The notes beneath the pieces were generated by a model. The model was not told the DNA's origin and searched no databases. It saw only the letters and a program-made list of their open reading frames with translations. 37,766 nt of DNA. It comes from Octopus bimaculoides. Lineage: Eukaryota. Both the position numbers and the translations under genes were made by a program. The stretch lies in the NCBI RefSeq assembly GCF_001194135.2, contig NC_068986.1, forward strand, positions 11,790,271-11,828,036. Direction: 5' to 3'. This document shows positions 11,886 to 23,949 of the stretch, one piece after another (the stretch's first letter is position 1; each line of letters begins with the position of its first letter).

Positions 11886-12245
11886 TGTCTTCATCATTTA
11901 GTGTCTGTTTTCCATGCTGGCATGAGTTAATTTGATTGATAAGCTGGAGAGCTATATTGGGCTCCAATCTGATTTGGTTTGGTTTCTATGGCTGGATGCC
12001 CTTCCTAACGCCAACCACTCCAAGAGTGTAGTGGGTGCCTTCTATGTGCCACTGGCCATGACTATGATTTCACGTGGCTTGATGTCTTCTCAAGCTCAAC
12101 AAATCAGTAAAGGTCTCAATCACTTGTCATCACCTCCGTGAGATTCAACATCTGAAGATCATACTTCACCACTTCATCTTATGTCTTCCTGGGTCTACTT
12201 CCACAGGTTCCCTCCTCAAAGATCAGCACTTCTTTATGTGCTGTC
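11886..12245 (-). mobile_element. RTE-clade LINE 3' end with coding remnant
   Basis: Minus strand reads GTCGSRPRKT*DEVVKYDLQMLNLTEVMTSD, a decayed RTE GRPRKTW motif, followed by the shared tail ending in ATG repeats. Confidence 0.8.
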
Positions 12246-12539
12246 CTTGTTTTAAAATTAATTTTATCAAGTCCTGGGGTTTTAAGTTTAACTTTGCTTT
12301 TCTTTTGAATATTATTGCAGAAGATTTAAGGAATGGGACTAGCCAATGGCAACACCTTGGGGGCTTGCTTAGCCAGTGTTTGCAAGCAAGCATCACCTGG
12401 TCACTTATCCCACACCTTTGCTAATTGTTTTTGGTGCTTGCATAGTTGTGAGCACTCCTTATAGACTCTTGTTTGAGACTCCCACCTTTGACTCACTGGA
12501 ACATTGAGGACATGACAGATGGAGGGAAAGGAGTGGCAC

Positions 12540-12672
12540 AGAACCAGTCAGCTGGTACTTGTCAACTGAGTTGACAGGAAAAATGTGACTTGCCCAAGGA
12601 TATAGTGCATTGCTCAGGCCATGACCTCTTTGATTGTGAACCTGATATTCTCACCAATGTATCACACACCTG
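12540..12672 (-). mobile_element. Old SINE fragment
   Basis: gctggtact...gagttgac...gacttgcccaagga... resembles the reverse strand of tRNA SINE cores. Confidence 0.4.
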
Positions 12673-13223
12673 ATAACATTTTGGATGCTGGACTAAAAGA
12701 CAGGTTGGACATCACTGGACCCTCAATTTAGTTTGACTCTAATATTCTTTTTAAAATATTGTATTGGCAAATTTTAAGTGATGAAAAATCAAACCTGAAT
12801 CATTCTCATAGTTTTCAAATACAGAATGTTGGACCAAACTAAAATGCTGTATGGCATTTAGTTTGGCATGTAGTTCTACCAACTTGGTGCACTTTTTTGT
12901 AAGATAAACTTGTTTTGCACAAAATTTTTTTTATTTGAGTGAAGAAAAAATGTCTCTGTATTATGGTGTATCTTAATTTATTGCTTCTTTTCAGATAGAT
13001 GAAAATTTAGACCCCTTCAAGTGGTAGAGGTGGCTGGTGGGGTAATGGGTTGGTTGTATTAAAACTAAATTTCATGACGTTGTTCTCAACTCCTGTAACC
13101 TTGCGTATATTGTCATTAGAAAATCCTTTGTTCTTCCCCATTTCCAAGCAGCTTTAACTTTCCCAGAGTGGACATTGCCATAATGAGTTCTGTGTACTTG
13201 ATTTAATATTTTAATGATTGATG

Positions 13224-13624
13224 ACTGGTAATGGCTGTATGGTTAAGAGGTTTGTTTCCCAAACACACAATTCTGGTTTCAGTCCCACTGTGTGGCATCT
13301 TGAGTAAGTGTCTTCTATAATCCTGGGCCAACCAAAGCCTTCCGAATGGATTTGGTTGATGGAAACTGAAAGAAACCGGTCGTATTTGTGTTGGTGTGTC
13401 TCTTTGTTTTTACATCAGGTGATAGTTGTGAGAGTCACTGCCATACAAGCAATGTCAGTCCTTTCCGATATTCTGCAAAAACCTATCTAATCACGGGAAA
13501 ATATTTCCCTGCTTGGTAACAAGTGCTGGCAACAGGAAGAACAACATTTGGCTGTAGAAAATCTGTCTTAGACTCCTCTGTTTGACACATGCAAGTATAG
13601 ATATGTGAACATTAAAATGATGAC
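13224..13624 (+). mobile_element. OR-type tRNA SINE
   Basis: Head tggctgtatggttaagagg...ggtttcagtccc; tail ggcaacaggaag...gtagaaaatctg...cattaaaatgatgac. Confidence 0.8.
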
Positions 13625-14250
13625 TATATACAGTGGAAATGAGTGATGTTTCATGTAATGCATTGATTCTCATTAGGCATTGTTTATTCTAAGTATTTCA
13701 CAAACGAGGAAATTAAAGACTGCCCTTGCTCTTTTCCTAACGATTTATGGTTTATATTTCTTGTTTGTTCTTGTGCTCATAAATCATTTTCTTCCTTGAA
13801 AAGAGAAAGAAAATGATATTTTTCTCTGTATATCTACTAGCTTTGGGAAGCAATGTTGATTTTAAGAAATATTGCCTTAAAGTTTAATGTGTGCCTATGT
13901 ATGTATACACACACACACACACTGGCCTGCTTCTTAAACATCTGGCTTCAGTATGATGCATAACTTAAAACAGCATTGATTTGTCCCGTTTAAACTTGGT
14001 CTTGTTTACCTCTCTTTATCTCCGGTTACTATGGTAGCTGCTTTTTAAAGATAATGGCTGAAGAAACTAACCAGCCTTTGTGGTATGCTTTCTTCTCTGT
14101 TCAGCTGATATCCTACTTAAACCTGTTTATTCTTGTAGTAGTCTGCTGCATTTCATTATGTGTGTTAATTTCTTTTTAAGATTAGCTATTTCTACTGTTA
14201 TCTTTTCCATTAAGGAATAATAACAAATGTATATATTGTAAAAATTATCA

Positions 14251-14560
14251 TTTAATGTTGCCTGTTCCATGCTGGTATGGGTTGGAGGGTTTAATAGGAT
14301 CTAATAGGCCCAAGGCCTGCGTCCTGTTTCCATGTCTTTGGTACAGTTTCTATTTGTCCCTTCTAATTAACGCTTTGCGTCCTGTCTAATTAACGCTTTG
14401 CGTCCTGTCTAATTAACGCCTTGCGTCCTGTCTAATTAACGCCTTGCGCCCTGTCTAATTAACGCCTTGCGCCCTGTCTAATTAACGCCTTGCGCCCTGT
14501 CTAATTAACGCCTTGCGCCCTGTCTAATTAACGCGTTACAGTATGTGCTGAGTTTTTTTT
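14251..14560 (-). mobile_element. RTE-tail fragment hosting a minisatellite
   Basis: ttccatgctggtatgggttggagggttt...gtttctat...ttacagtatgtgctg brackets the 23-bp array. Confidence 0.6.
14362..14534. repeat. 23-bp minisatellite, 7.5 copies
   Basis: Unit TCTAATTAACGC(T/C)TTGCG(T/C)CCTG starts at 14362, 14385, 14408, 14431, 14454, 14477 and 14500, with a partial unit at 14523. Confidence 0.97.
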
Positions 14561-14914
14561 TTTTTAATCTCTGGTACCGATACTAGAGAAGTTGCTGCGC
14601 AGTTTGCATGATTCCAAACCCCAAGGGTATACTGTGAAGAAAGAGTTGCTATCCTTTTTCTACCTTTTCCTTACAAAAAATTTAGAGAAAAAAAAAAAAA
14701 GCCTGATCTAATAAGACATCTATTTCCTTTTAAATTTTTCATTTAGTCTGATGAAACTTAAAAAGTTTTTGCAACTAAATGAATCTTAATAACACATTGA
14801 TATTTTTTTCTTTTTCAAATTATATAATTAACCACTTGCTGGTCTATTATAAGCACCCTCTCTGTGCTCACTTCTAGATATTCATTCATTGCCTCCATTA
14901 CCTCAGTAGCTTAC

Positions 14915-15175
14915 TGTGAGCGCTTTCTGCTGTAAGCTTTGTCCTCGTTCGACCAATGCATTGAATGAATTTAATAAACAGGAACTGTATGGAAGCCTTA
15001 TGTGTGTTAGTGTTTGTCCATCTGCCAGTATTAGTTTGTTTACATCCCCATAGTTTGTTTCAAAAGGAACTGCTAGAATAAGCAACAGATTTAGGAAAAA
15101 AGTTTTGTTCCTCAGAATCCTTCGTGGTGATGTCCCAGCATGGCTGTAGCTAACTGATTGAAACCAATAAAAGAT
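14915..15175 (+). mobile_element. Old OR2-like SINE
   Basis: gtttgtttacatccc...gctagaataagc...gtcccagcatggctgtag...gattgaaacc. Confidence 0.6.
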
Positions 15176-15300
15176 ACAAATAACATAATATCTGAAACTT
15201 AAGACAAAAGTTCTCTTTAAGCAGGATTTTTAGTATCTTCAGGGAGGTGGCCATACTCAGTATGCTATACAGGCAGTGGGACAGTTATGCGAGAAAGTAT

Positions 15301-15550
15301 ATCATCATCATCATTGTTGTTTAATGTCAGCTTTCCATGCTGGCATGGGTTGGACAGTTTGACTGAGGGCTGGCAAACGAGAAGGCTGCACCTGGTAGTT
15401 TCTAAGGCTGGATGCCCTTCCTAATGCCAACCACTCAGTGTAGTAGGTGCTTTTTATGTGCCACTGGCATGAGGGCCAGTTAGGTGCCACTGGCAATGAC
15501 CATGCTTGAATTATGCTTTTTACGTGCCACTGGCACGGGAGCCAGTCAGG
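15301..15550 (-). mobile_element. RTE-tail element
   Basis: (ATC)n, then ttccatgctggcatgggttggacag...ggctggatgcccttcctaatgccaaccact. Confidence 0.85.
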
Positions 15551-15799
15551 TATACAACAAAATTTATTTTTTAGTTATAAGGTGATATTTTTCATTTGAA
15601 AATTATTGTATTTGATGATTTTGTGTAAGCACTGTGAAATTTGATAATAAAAACTGATAATTATTGCATGTAAGTTATAATTTCTGATATTACGAATGAT
15701 GGCAGGAGTATGTTTCCAAAGTTTCCCCCACCATCAAATGATAGGAGACTTAACATTCCATTATTAGTATAATGTTAAAATGTACAATGTTTGTCTGTA

Positions 15800-16110
15800 T
15801 GAGGGTAATGCGTTAAGTCGCAGACTAGGTCTAAGGAGAATCAAATATGGCATACAAGAAAGGAAGATGGCATTGATAGGATCATTTAACATATGTAAAA
15901 TGACAGTTTAGTAAAAGCAAAACTCCAGTGGATTCAAATGGAAGGATCTTGTGGAAGAAAACCAAGGAATGCTTAGGAATAAATGATGATAGCCAATTGT
16001 GAGAGGTTGATCTGTTAGAAAGAAAATGACAAAGCATTGTAACAAATAGCAAAATACTGTGCTAGTAAAGACCTGTGTACTCCACATAAGCCTGGAAAAA
16101 TGGAGATATT
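15800..16110 (+). mobile_element. Old RTE LINE 3' remnant
   Basis: atggaaggatcttgtggaagaaaaccaagg reads MEGSCGRKPR, similar to the RTE EG..RGRPR motif; a decayed tail follows. Confidence 0.5.
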
Positions 16111-16243
16111 TTTCCATGTCATCCCTTTTTGAAACCAACCCACCTGAGATTGCTCCTTTGTTCTGGGAAGCAAACTTACCCGTTTTAAAGGGGTCTGAAT
16201 TAACAGGAAATTTTGAAAGGTTTTGTTTCAAACTTTAGCTTAA

Positions 16244-16426
16244 TCCATTAGTACCCATGGTCCTTTATTTTAGGACCAGAAGGATAATCCATATTTCTAC
16301 AACACCTGTATTTTGTTTTGAGCTATCCTTAGTCAAGACTGGAGTCTATTTCAGATATTACACCTACTGTAATAAGTTTTTTTTGAAAAAAAGAAATTAT
16401 AAATTAAAAAGTTTGGCATTAATGGG
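16244..16426. mobile_element. TTAA-flanked MITE (piggyBac-type)
   Basis: TTAA at 16240-16243 and 16427-16430; ends TCCATTAGTACC and GGCATTAATGGG are 9/12 inverted. Confidence 0.55.
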
Positions 16427-16444
16427 TTAATATTTGTTAGAAAT

Positions 16445-16632
16445 TTTTGCAGGAGGCTAACAATTTTAGTGGTAGAGGGTCAGTCAGTTGTGTTGACCTC
16501 AGTATTTGACTGGTACATTATCAACGTTGAAGGGATGAAAGCTAGTCAATGTTGGTGGTGTTTGAACTCAGAATGTAAAACGTTGAAAAAATGCTGCTGA
16601 GCATTTTGTCTGGAATGCTAACGGTTCTAGCG
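16445..16632 (-). mobile_element. Degenerate MetaSINE-like SINE
   Basis: ttgacctcagtatttgactggtac...gggatgaaag...tttgaactcagaatgtaaa...gcattttgtctggaatgctaacggttct. Confidence 0.7.
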
Positions 16633-17047
16633 TTCCACCTTTTAATGAGTTATTTTGCCAAATTTTTAAAATTTATTTTCAGAATTGAAACAAAAAGCAG
16701 TGTAATAGAAATATGGTAACAAAATGTTTAAGACAAGCTGCCTCATAAACAGCTAAATGAGATACTAGATTTTTTCAAATTCCTGGGTACTCAACGGCAT
16801 TATTTAATCATTTGTTTTCTCAGCCCTTAAGAAGGAAATTAGTAAAAATAGAAACTCTAAATTTCTGATGCTGCAGTTTGAGTTGAGATGTTTTACTCCT
16901 GAACTAAATCCTGTATTTAAATATTGGAAAAATGGTTTTGGCATGAATTTATTGAATCTTTTGATGAAACTTCACTGTAAAGATAGCAAAAGACATTGAG
17001 CTGACTGGAAAGTGACAGCATGAAGGTTTAAAGTTCTGAGAAATTAA

Positions 17048-17623
17048 ACACTCTTTTACGTTCAAGCTGGCCATATTTGGCCTCTCACTTCTACCCTAAA
17101 ATGTAATTCTCAAAATAATCACATCATCGAAATCTCAAAGCTATGAGATAAAGCATGATTAATTCAAAACATCATCATCATTGTCGTTTAATGTCTGCTT
17201 TCCATGCTTGCATGGGTTGGATGGTTTGACTGAGGACTGGTGAGCCAGAAGGCTGCACCAGGCTCACTCTGATTTGGCAAAGTTTCTACAGCTGGATGCC
17301 CTTCCTAATGCCAACCACTCCAAGAGTGTAGTGGGTGCTTTTACGTGCCACTGGCACAAGGGCCAGTCAGGCAGTTCTGGCAATGACTACACTCAAAAGG
17401 TGTTTTTTACGTGCTACCTGCATGGGAGCCAGTCTGGCGGCACTAGCAACGACCATGCTCGAATGTTGTTTTCCACGTGCCACATGTGCCAGTAAGGTGA
17501 CACTGGCAACGATCACGCTCAAATGGTGCTTTGTACGTGCCACGGGCATGGGAGCCAATCCGTGGCCCTTGCAATGATCATGTTCGGATGTGCTTTTGAA
17601 ATGGTAGTCTGAATGTGAAAGGG
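17048..17623. mobile_element. piggyBac-type MITE (family B) interrupted by an RTE-tail element
   Basis: Left part 17048-17170 matches 8739-8944; right end ctgaatgtgaaaggg then TTAA at 17624-17627. Confidence 0.65.
17171..17598 (-). mobile_element. RTE-tail element with about four internal 60-67 bp tandem units
   Basis: (ATC)n start, shared ggctggatgcccttcctaatgccaacc core, then repeated gtgcttttacgtgccac...ggcaacgac units. Confidence 0.85.
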
Positions 17624-17954
17624 TTAAAGGTATGAGATAAAGGATCAAAGTTCTGTTGGTGTGTCTGTTGTTAATTGACTTTTAGAAGTAAAATGGAGGT
17701 TGTAATGTTTGGAAAAAAGCTTGAAGGAACAATTATGGCTTTGCTTTACATAGTTTCTGAAATGTAAGAAACCAGATTGTGGTATTGGATTACATGAACA
17801 AATATTCAAAACTTCAAGAATGAACTCCCTTATATAGCAAAATGCTTGTTGCATTCCTTGTCTAAAATGGTGAGAAGTTCCTGCAGGGAATGACCAAAAA
17901 AAAAAAAAAATAATAATTAGGGTTTGTGATTTAAATTTTGCCAATCCTGACACT

Positions 17955-18095
17955 CATGGTTGCAAGATTGTGGTTTCAATTCCTAGGTCAAGTGATGCAT
18001 TGTGTTCTTGAGTAAAGCACTTCACTTCACTTCATTTGACTCAATTGTAACTGAGTAACGCTATGATGGACTGGTGGCCCTGTTCAGGGGGAATG
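17955..18095 (+). mobile_element. tRNA SINE (third family)
   Basis: gattgtggtttcaattcc...ttgtgttcttgagtaaagcacttcac...gatggactgg...cagggg. Confidence 0.65.
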
Positions 18096-18478
18096 TTATC
18101 TTGGTCTATGCCATTTGAAACCAAATAACTAGGACTCCTATAGCTCTATGAGTCTTAGGACTTGAGTCAGCAATGTCCAGGGGCTAATAATGATGAATCC
18201 TGACAGCTGTAATCATGATTGAAATGAGTTACCCCTTGCTCTGACAGGGGGGGGGGGGCATTATCACACCCAACATTTTATACTTGATGTGTCCCTTTCA
18301 TTTCTATATGTGGGCACCACTGTTGCAATAAAATGTAACCAGTAACCGTAGTGAGTAGTAAAGCAAAGCTATTGATTTGATGAAGCCAGCCACCATGCTG
18401 TATAACCATGTCAGAGACCAATCTGAAAAAGAGCAGCTAAAGAGATCTTCCTTGGATTACACCCTACAGCTTGGATTA

Positions 18479-18507
18479 CACGCACGCACGCACGCACGCA
18501 CGCACGC
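18479..18507. repeat. (GCAC)n microsatellite
   Basis: Direct run cacgcacgcacgc. Confidence 0.9.
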
Positions 18508-18892
18508 GATAATGTTCTAGATGCACAATGTCTCCTACCAAAAACAAAAGAAAACAATTAGTCATGTTTTGGACTAATTTGATTGTAGATCTGCTCAGTC
18601 AAGTCACCTGGGAGTAAAAGAAACTGAATTTGAGGCGTGGTAGTAGGCTTTTAGCACTGGCTGGAACCTCCTGATTGTTATGCGCTAAATGCAACCAGGC
18701 GTCATGAAATAATGTGCACTGGTGTGAACCATTTCACATATCTAGCATGTCAAATGTACAAAGCACACCCAAATTTTTGGACAGTGACTAACGTATTTTA
18801 CTCAAGAAAACAGGATTGAGAGACATTGTCTTCTATAGTAAAAATTAACCTAGTGGGAGGGGTGTTAGTATAGACCCACCATACAACCAGTT

Positions 18893-19182
18893 AGTATTAT
18901 AGTATTACTCCAAACAGCACAAGTATTATAGTATTACTCCAAACAGCACAAGTATTATAGTATTACTCCAAACAGCACAAGTATTATAGTATTACTCCAA
19001 ACAGCACAAGTATTATAGTATTACTCCAAACAGCACAAGTATTATAGTATTACTCCAAACAGCACAAGTATTATAGTATTACTCCAAACAGCACAAGTAT
19101 TATAGTATTACTCCAAACAGCACAAGTATTATAGTATTACTCCAAACAACACAAGTATTATAGTATTACTCCAAACAGCACA
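18893..19182. repeat. 29-bp minisatellite, 10 copies
   Basis: Unit AGTATTATAGTATTACTCCAAACAGCACA; the only variant seen is G>A at 19149. Confidence 0.98.
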
Positions 19183-19290
19183 AATATCTCCTCCTTCCAC
19201 CATTGCTTAATGGAATAAATATTACTCTCTTCACTGTGCAAATAGATGTTGTTCACCTTGTCACTGCCCATAGTTAATTATCTAATAAGT

Positions 19291-19446
19291 GCAGATATGG
19301 CAATGTGTTTTACAAGTTTGCTATGCAACCACATGGTTTCCAGTTCAATCCCACTGCATTGGCAGTGTCTTAGTTTGCTACATGTTACCAGGCTTTACAA
19401 TAATACAAAAAAAGATGAGACTGGGGTTGATTCCTTCAACTAAAAT
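19291..19446 (+). mobile_element. Internally deleted OR2-like SINE
   Basis: Head aagtttgctatgcaaccacatggtttccagttcaatcccactg joined to accaggcttt...ctggggttgattccttcaactaaaa. Confidence 0.6.
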
Positions 19447-19879
19447 AAAGGGTCCTGATGATTTTGATCAGAAACTGTAAATGTTATACAAAATATTAAA
19501 AAAAAATGTCTTTGAAAAATATCATGAATATTTTACCTCCCAGTAAGGATATAAAAGTGGGGAATTTAAAAAAAAAAGCAAAGCAAATTTAGTTTTATGA
19601 TATAAAGCAGGCATATTAAATTGACATTAATTCTCAGTAATTGTCACTGTAAATGTTTTAATCACTTAGATCTGCTGTGTCAATTTGCAGATGCTCTTCC
19701 CATTTACAGTTAATGGTCGCCTCTAAAATTCTGGCATTTTGCAATTCCCATTTACTTTTATGAGATTATTTAATTGGTCTCTTTGGCTCTAGATTAATAT
19801 ATCTCTGCTGGTGGTTGCTTTTGTCAGTCATGATGTCATGGCTACTGTCAGCTCTTGCTGTTTTCTTTTCTTTCTTTTA

Positions 19880-20215
19880 CCTTTTCTCTCAATAAGAAAG
19901 ATTGAGACAGTTACTAACAACCAATGGCTTACAGATGTTTTTGCTTCTTTTTACGCTCAGCCACAATAAACTTCTGAATTGAATTTATCTTCCACATTTT
20001 CCCTGGCACTCTTCTTGTTATTCCTTCCCATATCCCTACACCAGTCATTTTACATACTAATTCTTTCCATAATTGCTGTTCTCTGGAATTCCCTCTCTGC
20101 TCATATTTTTCAACAGTGTTGATTGCTCATCAGATGCTCAAGCTGACTAACAATTGCATCAGCTTCGTCAGTCTAGAAGACTCTGCACATAGATTAAGGG
20201 TACTGATTCAGTTTT
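19880..20215 (+). mobile_element. Ancient non-LTR (CR1/Jockey-group-like) RT C-terminal remnant
   Basis: tactaattctttc...gctgttctctggaattccctctctgctcatattttt reads (Y)TNSF..AVLWNSLSAHIF, similar to the SFFP.T..LWNSLP..F motif. Confidence 0.45.
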
Positions 20216-20339
20216 TCCAATTAAAATTAATAAAGTTTTGTTCTAATTTTCACAAATTTGTGTTGTATCTGTAGCTTAATCTCTTCAAGAAGCATCACCT
20301 TTTTAGTCTTGTCAGAATCCTTTTTGTCTCCATGTTCCT

Positions 20340-20533
20340 ATTGAAATTCTTTGTTTCAGTTTACTTTGAAAATAATTTAATTTAATAAAATAATTTTATC
20401 ATTAAGCTGGCATTTGGAACATAATCTAACATGAAGTCTTGATGAGAGATTTTAATTCAAATGACATTGAAACAAGAAGTTTGCATCATAGAACCTGGAA
20501 TAGCCTTAGAAAGGTTCGTAACAATGGGTTAAA
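20340..20533. mobile_element. piggyBac-type MITE fragment (family A)
   Basis: cattaagctggcatttggaacataa...gaagtttgcatcatagaacc...taacaatggg-ttaa. Confidence 0.65.
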
Positions 20534-21244
20534 ATAAAGCAATTTCTAGAAAAAAACTTTAAAAATGCTTGAAAAACAGAAGGTTAATAATTATCAACAT
20601 ATTCTTTGCTTTCTAATTAAATCTGTTAATTAGAAAAGAAACAAAATTTAGCTCAGTTTCCATAAGGGTGTTTATCTTAGCCTGCAAGCTGATAATTTTT
20701 CAACTATACAATAGTTCATCTGCTGCTAAACAACATAAATTGTATCTGTACATTGAATGTATTTTCAGTAAAGCCAATTAAACTACCATGTTTACTTTTG
20801 AAGAAGTTGTGCCCCTAATTTGGTGTTCAATCCTGGTACAAAATTTTTTCCTTCATCATAGCTTTGCTATGTCTAAGTGACACGCTAGTTTTTTTTTTTA
20901 CACTATTAAATACAGTAGTCATTTTTTTTTTTTACTAGGACCTCATTTCATCCAGATTTTTAGCTACTCTGCAGGTACTTTGTTGAGCCGTCTTTATCAT
21001 GATTTTTTTTTATTACTTTGAATTTTTTAAATATTATTCATAATTTATCTAAATTATAAAATATGATTGTCTGAGAAATTAAGCATGGACACCTGGAAAA
21101 AATGTCTCAATTATTTGTGATAGTATTTTTTTGTAATGTTATTCTTATTTCATTCTTTTATAGTGTAACCTATAAAGTTCTCTTCAAACCAGTTCTCCTA
21201 CTTGAGGTTTATCTCATAATTTAACTATACCCACAGACACACAT

Positions 21245-21615
21245 ATGCGTGCAGACGTGGCTAAGTTTGTTTCCCAGCCATATGGCTTTGGATTCAGGCC
21301 CACTATGTGGCATGCTTAACAAGTGTCTCCAACTGTACTCTAGACTAACCAATATCTTGTGATTGGATTTGCTAGACAGAAACTGAAAGAACATCATGTG
21401 TGGGTTTGTGTCTTCTTGACTTGACATCACATGAGTTGTACTTGAGTGTCATTGTCATGCAAGCAATGTCATTCATTGTTAGTATTCTACAGCAACTTTG
21501 CTTGGAAACAAATGTGGGTTGATGATAGGAAAGGCATTCAGCCACAGAAAATCTGCCTCGACAAGTTTCATTTGGTTTGTGCAAAGCATGGAAACATAGT
21601 TGTTAAAAAAGTGAT
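21245..21615 (+). mobile_element. OR-type tRNA SINE
   Basis: aagtttgtttcccagccatatgg...gacagaaactgaaagaa...gataggaaaggcattcagccacagaaaatctgcctc. Confidence 0.75.
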
Positions 21616-21984
21616 ATTCTATCAAATCTAAATAATTTTTGAAAGTAATAAACTGATTGATCGTTACCCTTTTAGACTTCATAAATGCTTTTTTTTTTTC
21701 TTTTTTCAAGTCATTTAGTTTAAATTTTGTATTTTTTCATTGAGTTCGGTTGGTGAGATTTTAGTGGCTTTGTAATGTTGCCAATTCCCCGCCCCGCTTT
21801 TTTGTGTTTCTTGCTGCTTTCATAAATTTATTAGAAGGGACAAGTTATCACATAGATTAAAAATAACCTGTTAACAACACAGATGTTTAACAAGACAAAA
21901 CTCAATTTGTGTGAGAAAAGTGGAACTTGGGTATTGAATTACAGCTGTTGAAAATAAATTGAATGAGATTTGTCAGATGTGCAG

Positions 21985-22200
21985 GATTAATTTATAAAAT
22001 GGGGTGAGTGCAAGTTGGATTGAGAACATGGTTGGGTGTCAGAAGTAAGTATTGTGGTATAAAAGAAACTGGTTACACTGGTTTGGACATGCTTCGTGAA
22101 AAGGAAAAAGAAAAAATATCTTCAGTAGACTATGAAAAGTCACTGATCGACATAGATCAAAGCAAATATAAAATAGTCTAGCCAGATCAGAGACAGTTGG
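21985..22200 (+). mobile_element. Old RTE LINE coding remnant
   Basis: tggttacactggtttggacatgcttcgtga reads WLHWFGHAS*, similar to the RTE RLRWFGHV.R motif. Confidence 0.55.
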
Positions 22201-22634
22201 GATTTATAGATTAGGTATAGCATTAGGTATAGCATTAGGGTACGTAAAGGCATGTTGTGTTATAGACCAGTATTGGGAAATAAAATGGGTGTTAAAACAA
22301 TTGTCAAAGATCAGTCGTTTTATTTTTAAAAAATATCTTTGTATCTAAATTTGACAGAACCTAATTGTACCTCATTCCTTTTAAACATGCAAAGGATCAC
22401 CTGTTGTTTGACTTTCTGCTGAAGTACTTCCTTTTATATTAAATGTTTGAAATGCATTTTTTAAGCTGCACATCATGTTTTTAGAGATGAAATAGAATAT
22501 TTATAGCCACATAGTTTTGATTGGTCTGACCTCCTCTACCTATCAGTTGTCTTACTTCAGAATGTGAGCATCATACCAGACTGGTTTTGAGCTGGAAACA
22601 TTTCTCAAAGAGTAACAATGCTTTTATTCAGAAA

Positions 22635-22820
22635 GGCACAAGTATGGCTGTAGTTCAGAAGTTTGTTCCCCAACCATGTTGTTTCCGGTTCAGTTCTAGT
22701 GAATGGCAGTTTTGAGAAGTGGCTTCTACTATAACCTTAGGTTGAGCAAAGCCCATCTGGCTGCAAAAAATGCATTAATATATTCATCTAACTGATGCTG
22801 GTATGGAGAAATGGACATGA
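22635..22820 (+). mobile_element. Degenerate OR-type SINE
   Basis: ggcacaagtatggctgtag...aagtttgttccccaaccatg...ggttcagttc. Confidence 0.6.
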
Positions 22821-22899
22821 CACTAAACTTAAACACCTACCATGCATGTGTATCAAACTTGTGTTCATTAACTTTTCATTTCTCGTGGACAAAAGACAA

Positions 22900-23097
22900 C
22901 CCTTTAGCATTTGAATTAGCCATATCTGGTATTAATATTCTGTTCGTTCAAACTGGTCAGATCCAGTCTCACACCTACCCCACATTGTAATTCTAAAATT
23001 AAAACACATTGAATCTTAAAGCTACAAGATAGAGCTTGATTAATTCAAAATTTGTGTGAATATATGGGTAATGTTGAGTAAGCTGAATGCTAAATGG
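22900..23097. mobile_element. piggyBac-type MITE, family B
   Basis: Ends CCCTTTAGCATT and AATGCTAAATGG-TTAA. Confidence 0.75.
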
Positions 23098-23514
23098 TTA
23101 AAAACTGCCCTGTCTCTGCAAAGAGAAATATTTTGTCAAAGAAAATTGAGGCTAGTATGTTAATGAAGAAACTAAATTTAGAAGATAGGTTAGTTTCTAT
23201 CTAATTTACCTGAGAATAAATAGTTTAAGACAATGCAAATCCAAGGATATCTTTCCCTAGTCATGCCATCACAAACAGGGTTTGCAACAAACAAGTCGAC
23301 ATAGTGATGATGTTTGTTTACACTATCTTCCCTAATCCTGATGCATTTCACATGGAATTTGTTTTTCCAAAGATGTCTTCATGTACAAGTTTACCTTTTT
23401 TGCCTATAAATTATGGTCTGGAAGATTCAAAACATCTACTGGAAAATACAGTAAATATATTTAGCCATCCTTATTACTGCTTCATGTTATTCTATTAATT
23501 CACATTATTATGTT

Positions 23515-23524
23515 NNNNNNNNNN
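23515..23524. other. Assembly gap (10 N)
   Basis: N run. Confidence 1.
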
Positions 23525-23949
23525 GATTTATCAACATTTTAACTGATTCCACTCTGAATCAATCAAATAAACACTACATTATTTACTTTAACTTCTTGTT
23601 GGAGTTGAATGATTTATTTAGTTCAACAGGTCCCCCCCCCTTCTCCCCTGCACACACACACATCCTGAAGCCATTTCAGGTACATTTTCACTGTTGATTG
23701 ATCTTAATACAAGCCATAACAGTAAAGAGACAATACCAGGAAAATACCAAAACAAAAAACAAACAGTTAATCGAACACTATTGAGCTCTTGATAGTCTTG
23801 ATTGAAAACTTTTCAATTAGCTGATCATTTCAATGTATCAATAGTGTTGTCATAGTGATCAACTCCATTAATACATATCAATTTTATTAATTTTCTATCC
23901 TAATGTAATTCCAAAATGGTTCTGCATCATTTAATTTTTAGAATTCATG

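Noticed and set aside
12995-13040. Possible exon after tttcttttcag (IDENLDPFKW)
   Set aside because: In-frame stop and no convincing donor in a compatible phase
18893-19182. CRISPR-like array (29-bp repeats)
   Set aside because: The repeats are directly adjacent with no unique spacers, and the context is eukaryotic with no cas genes
18845-19210. TTAA-flanked element enclosing the 29-bp array
   Set aside because: The putative terminal inverted repeats do not match convincingly
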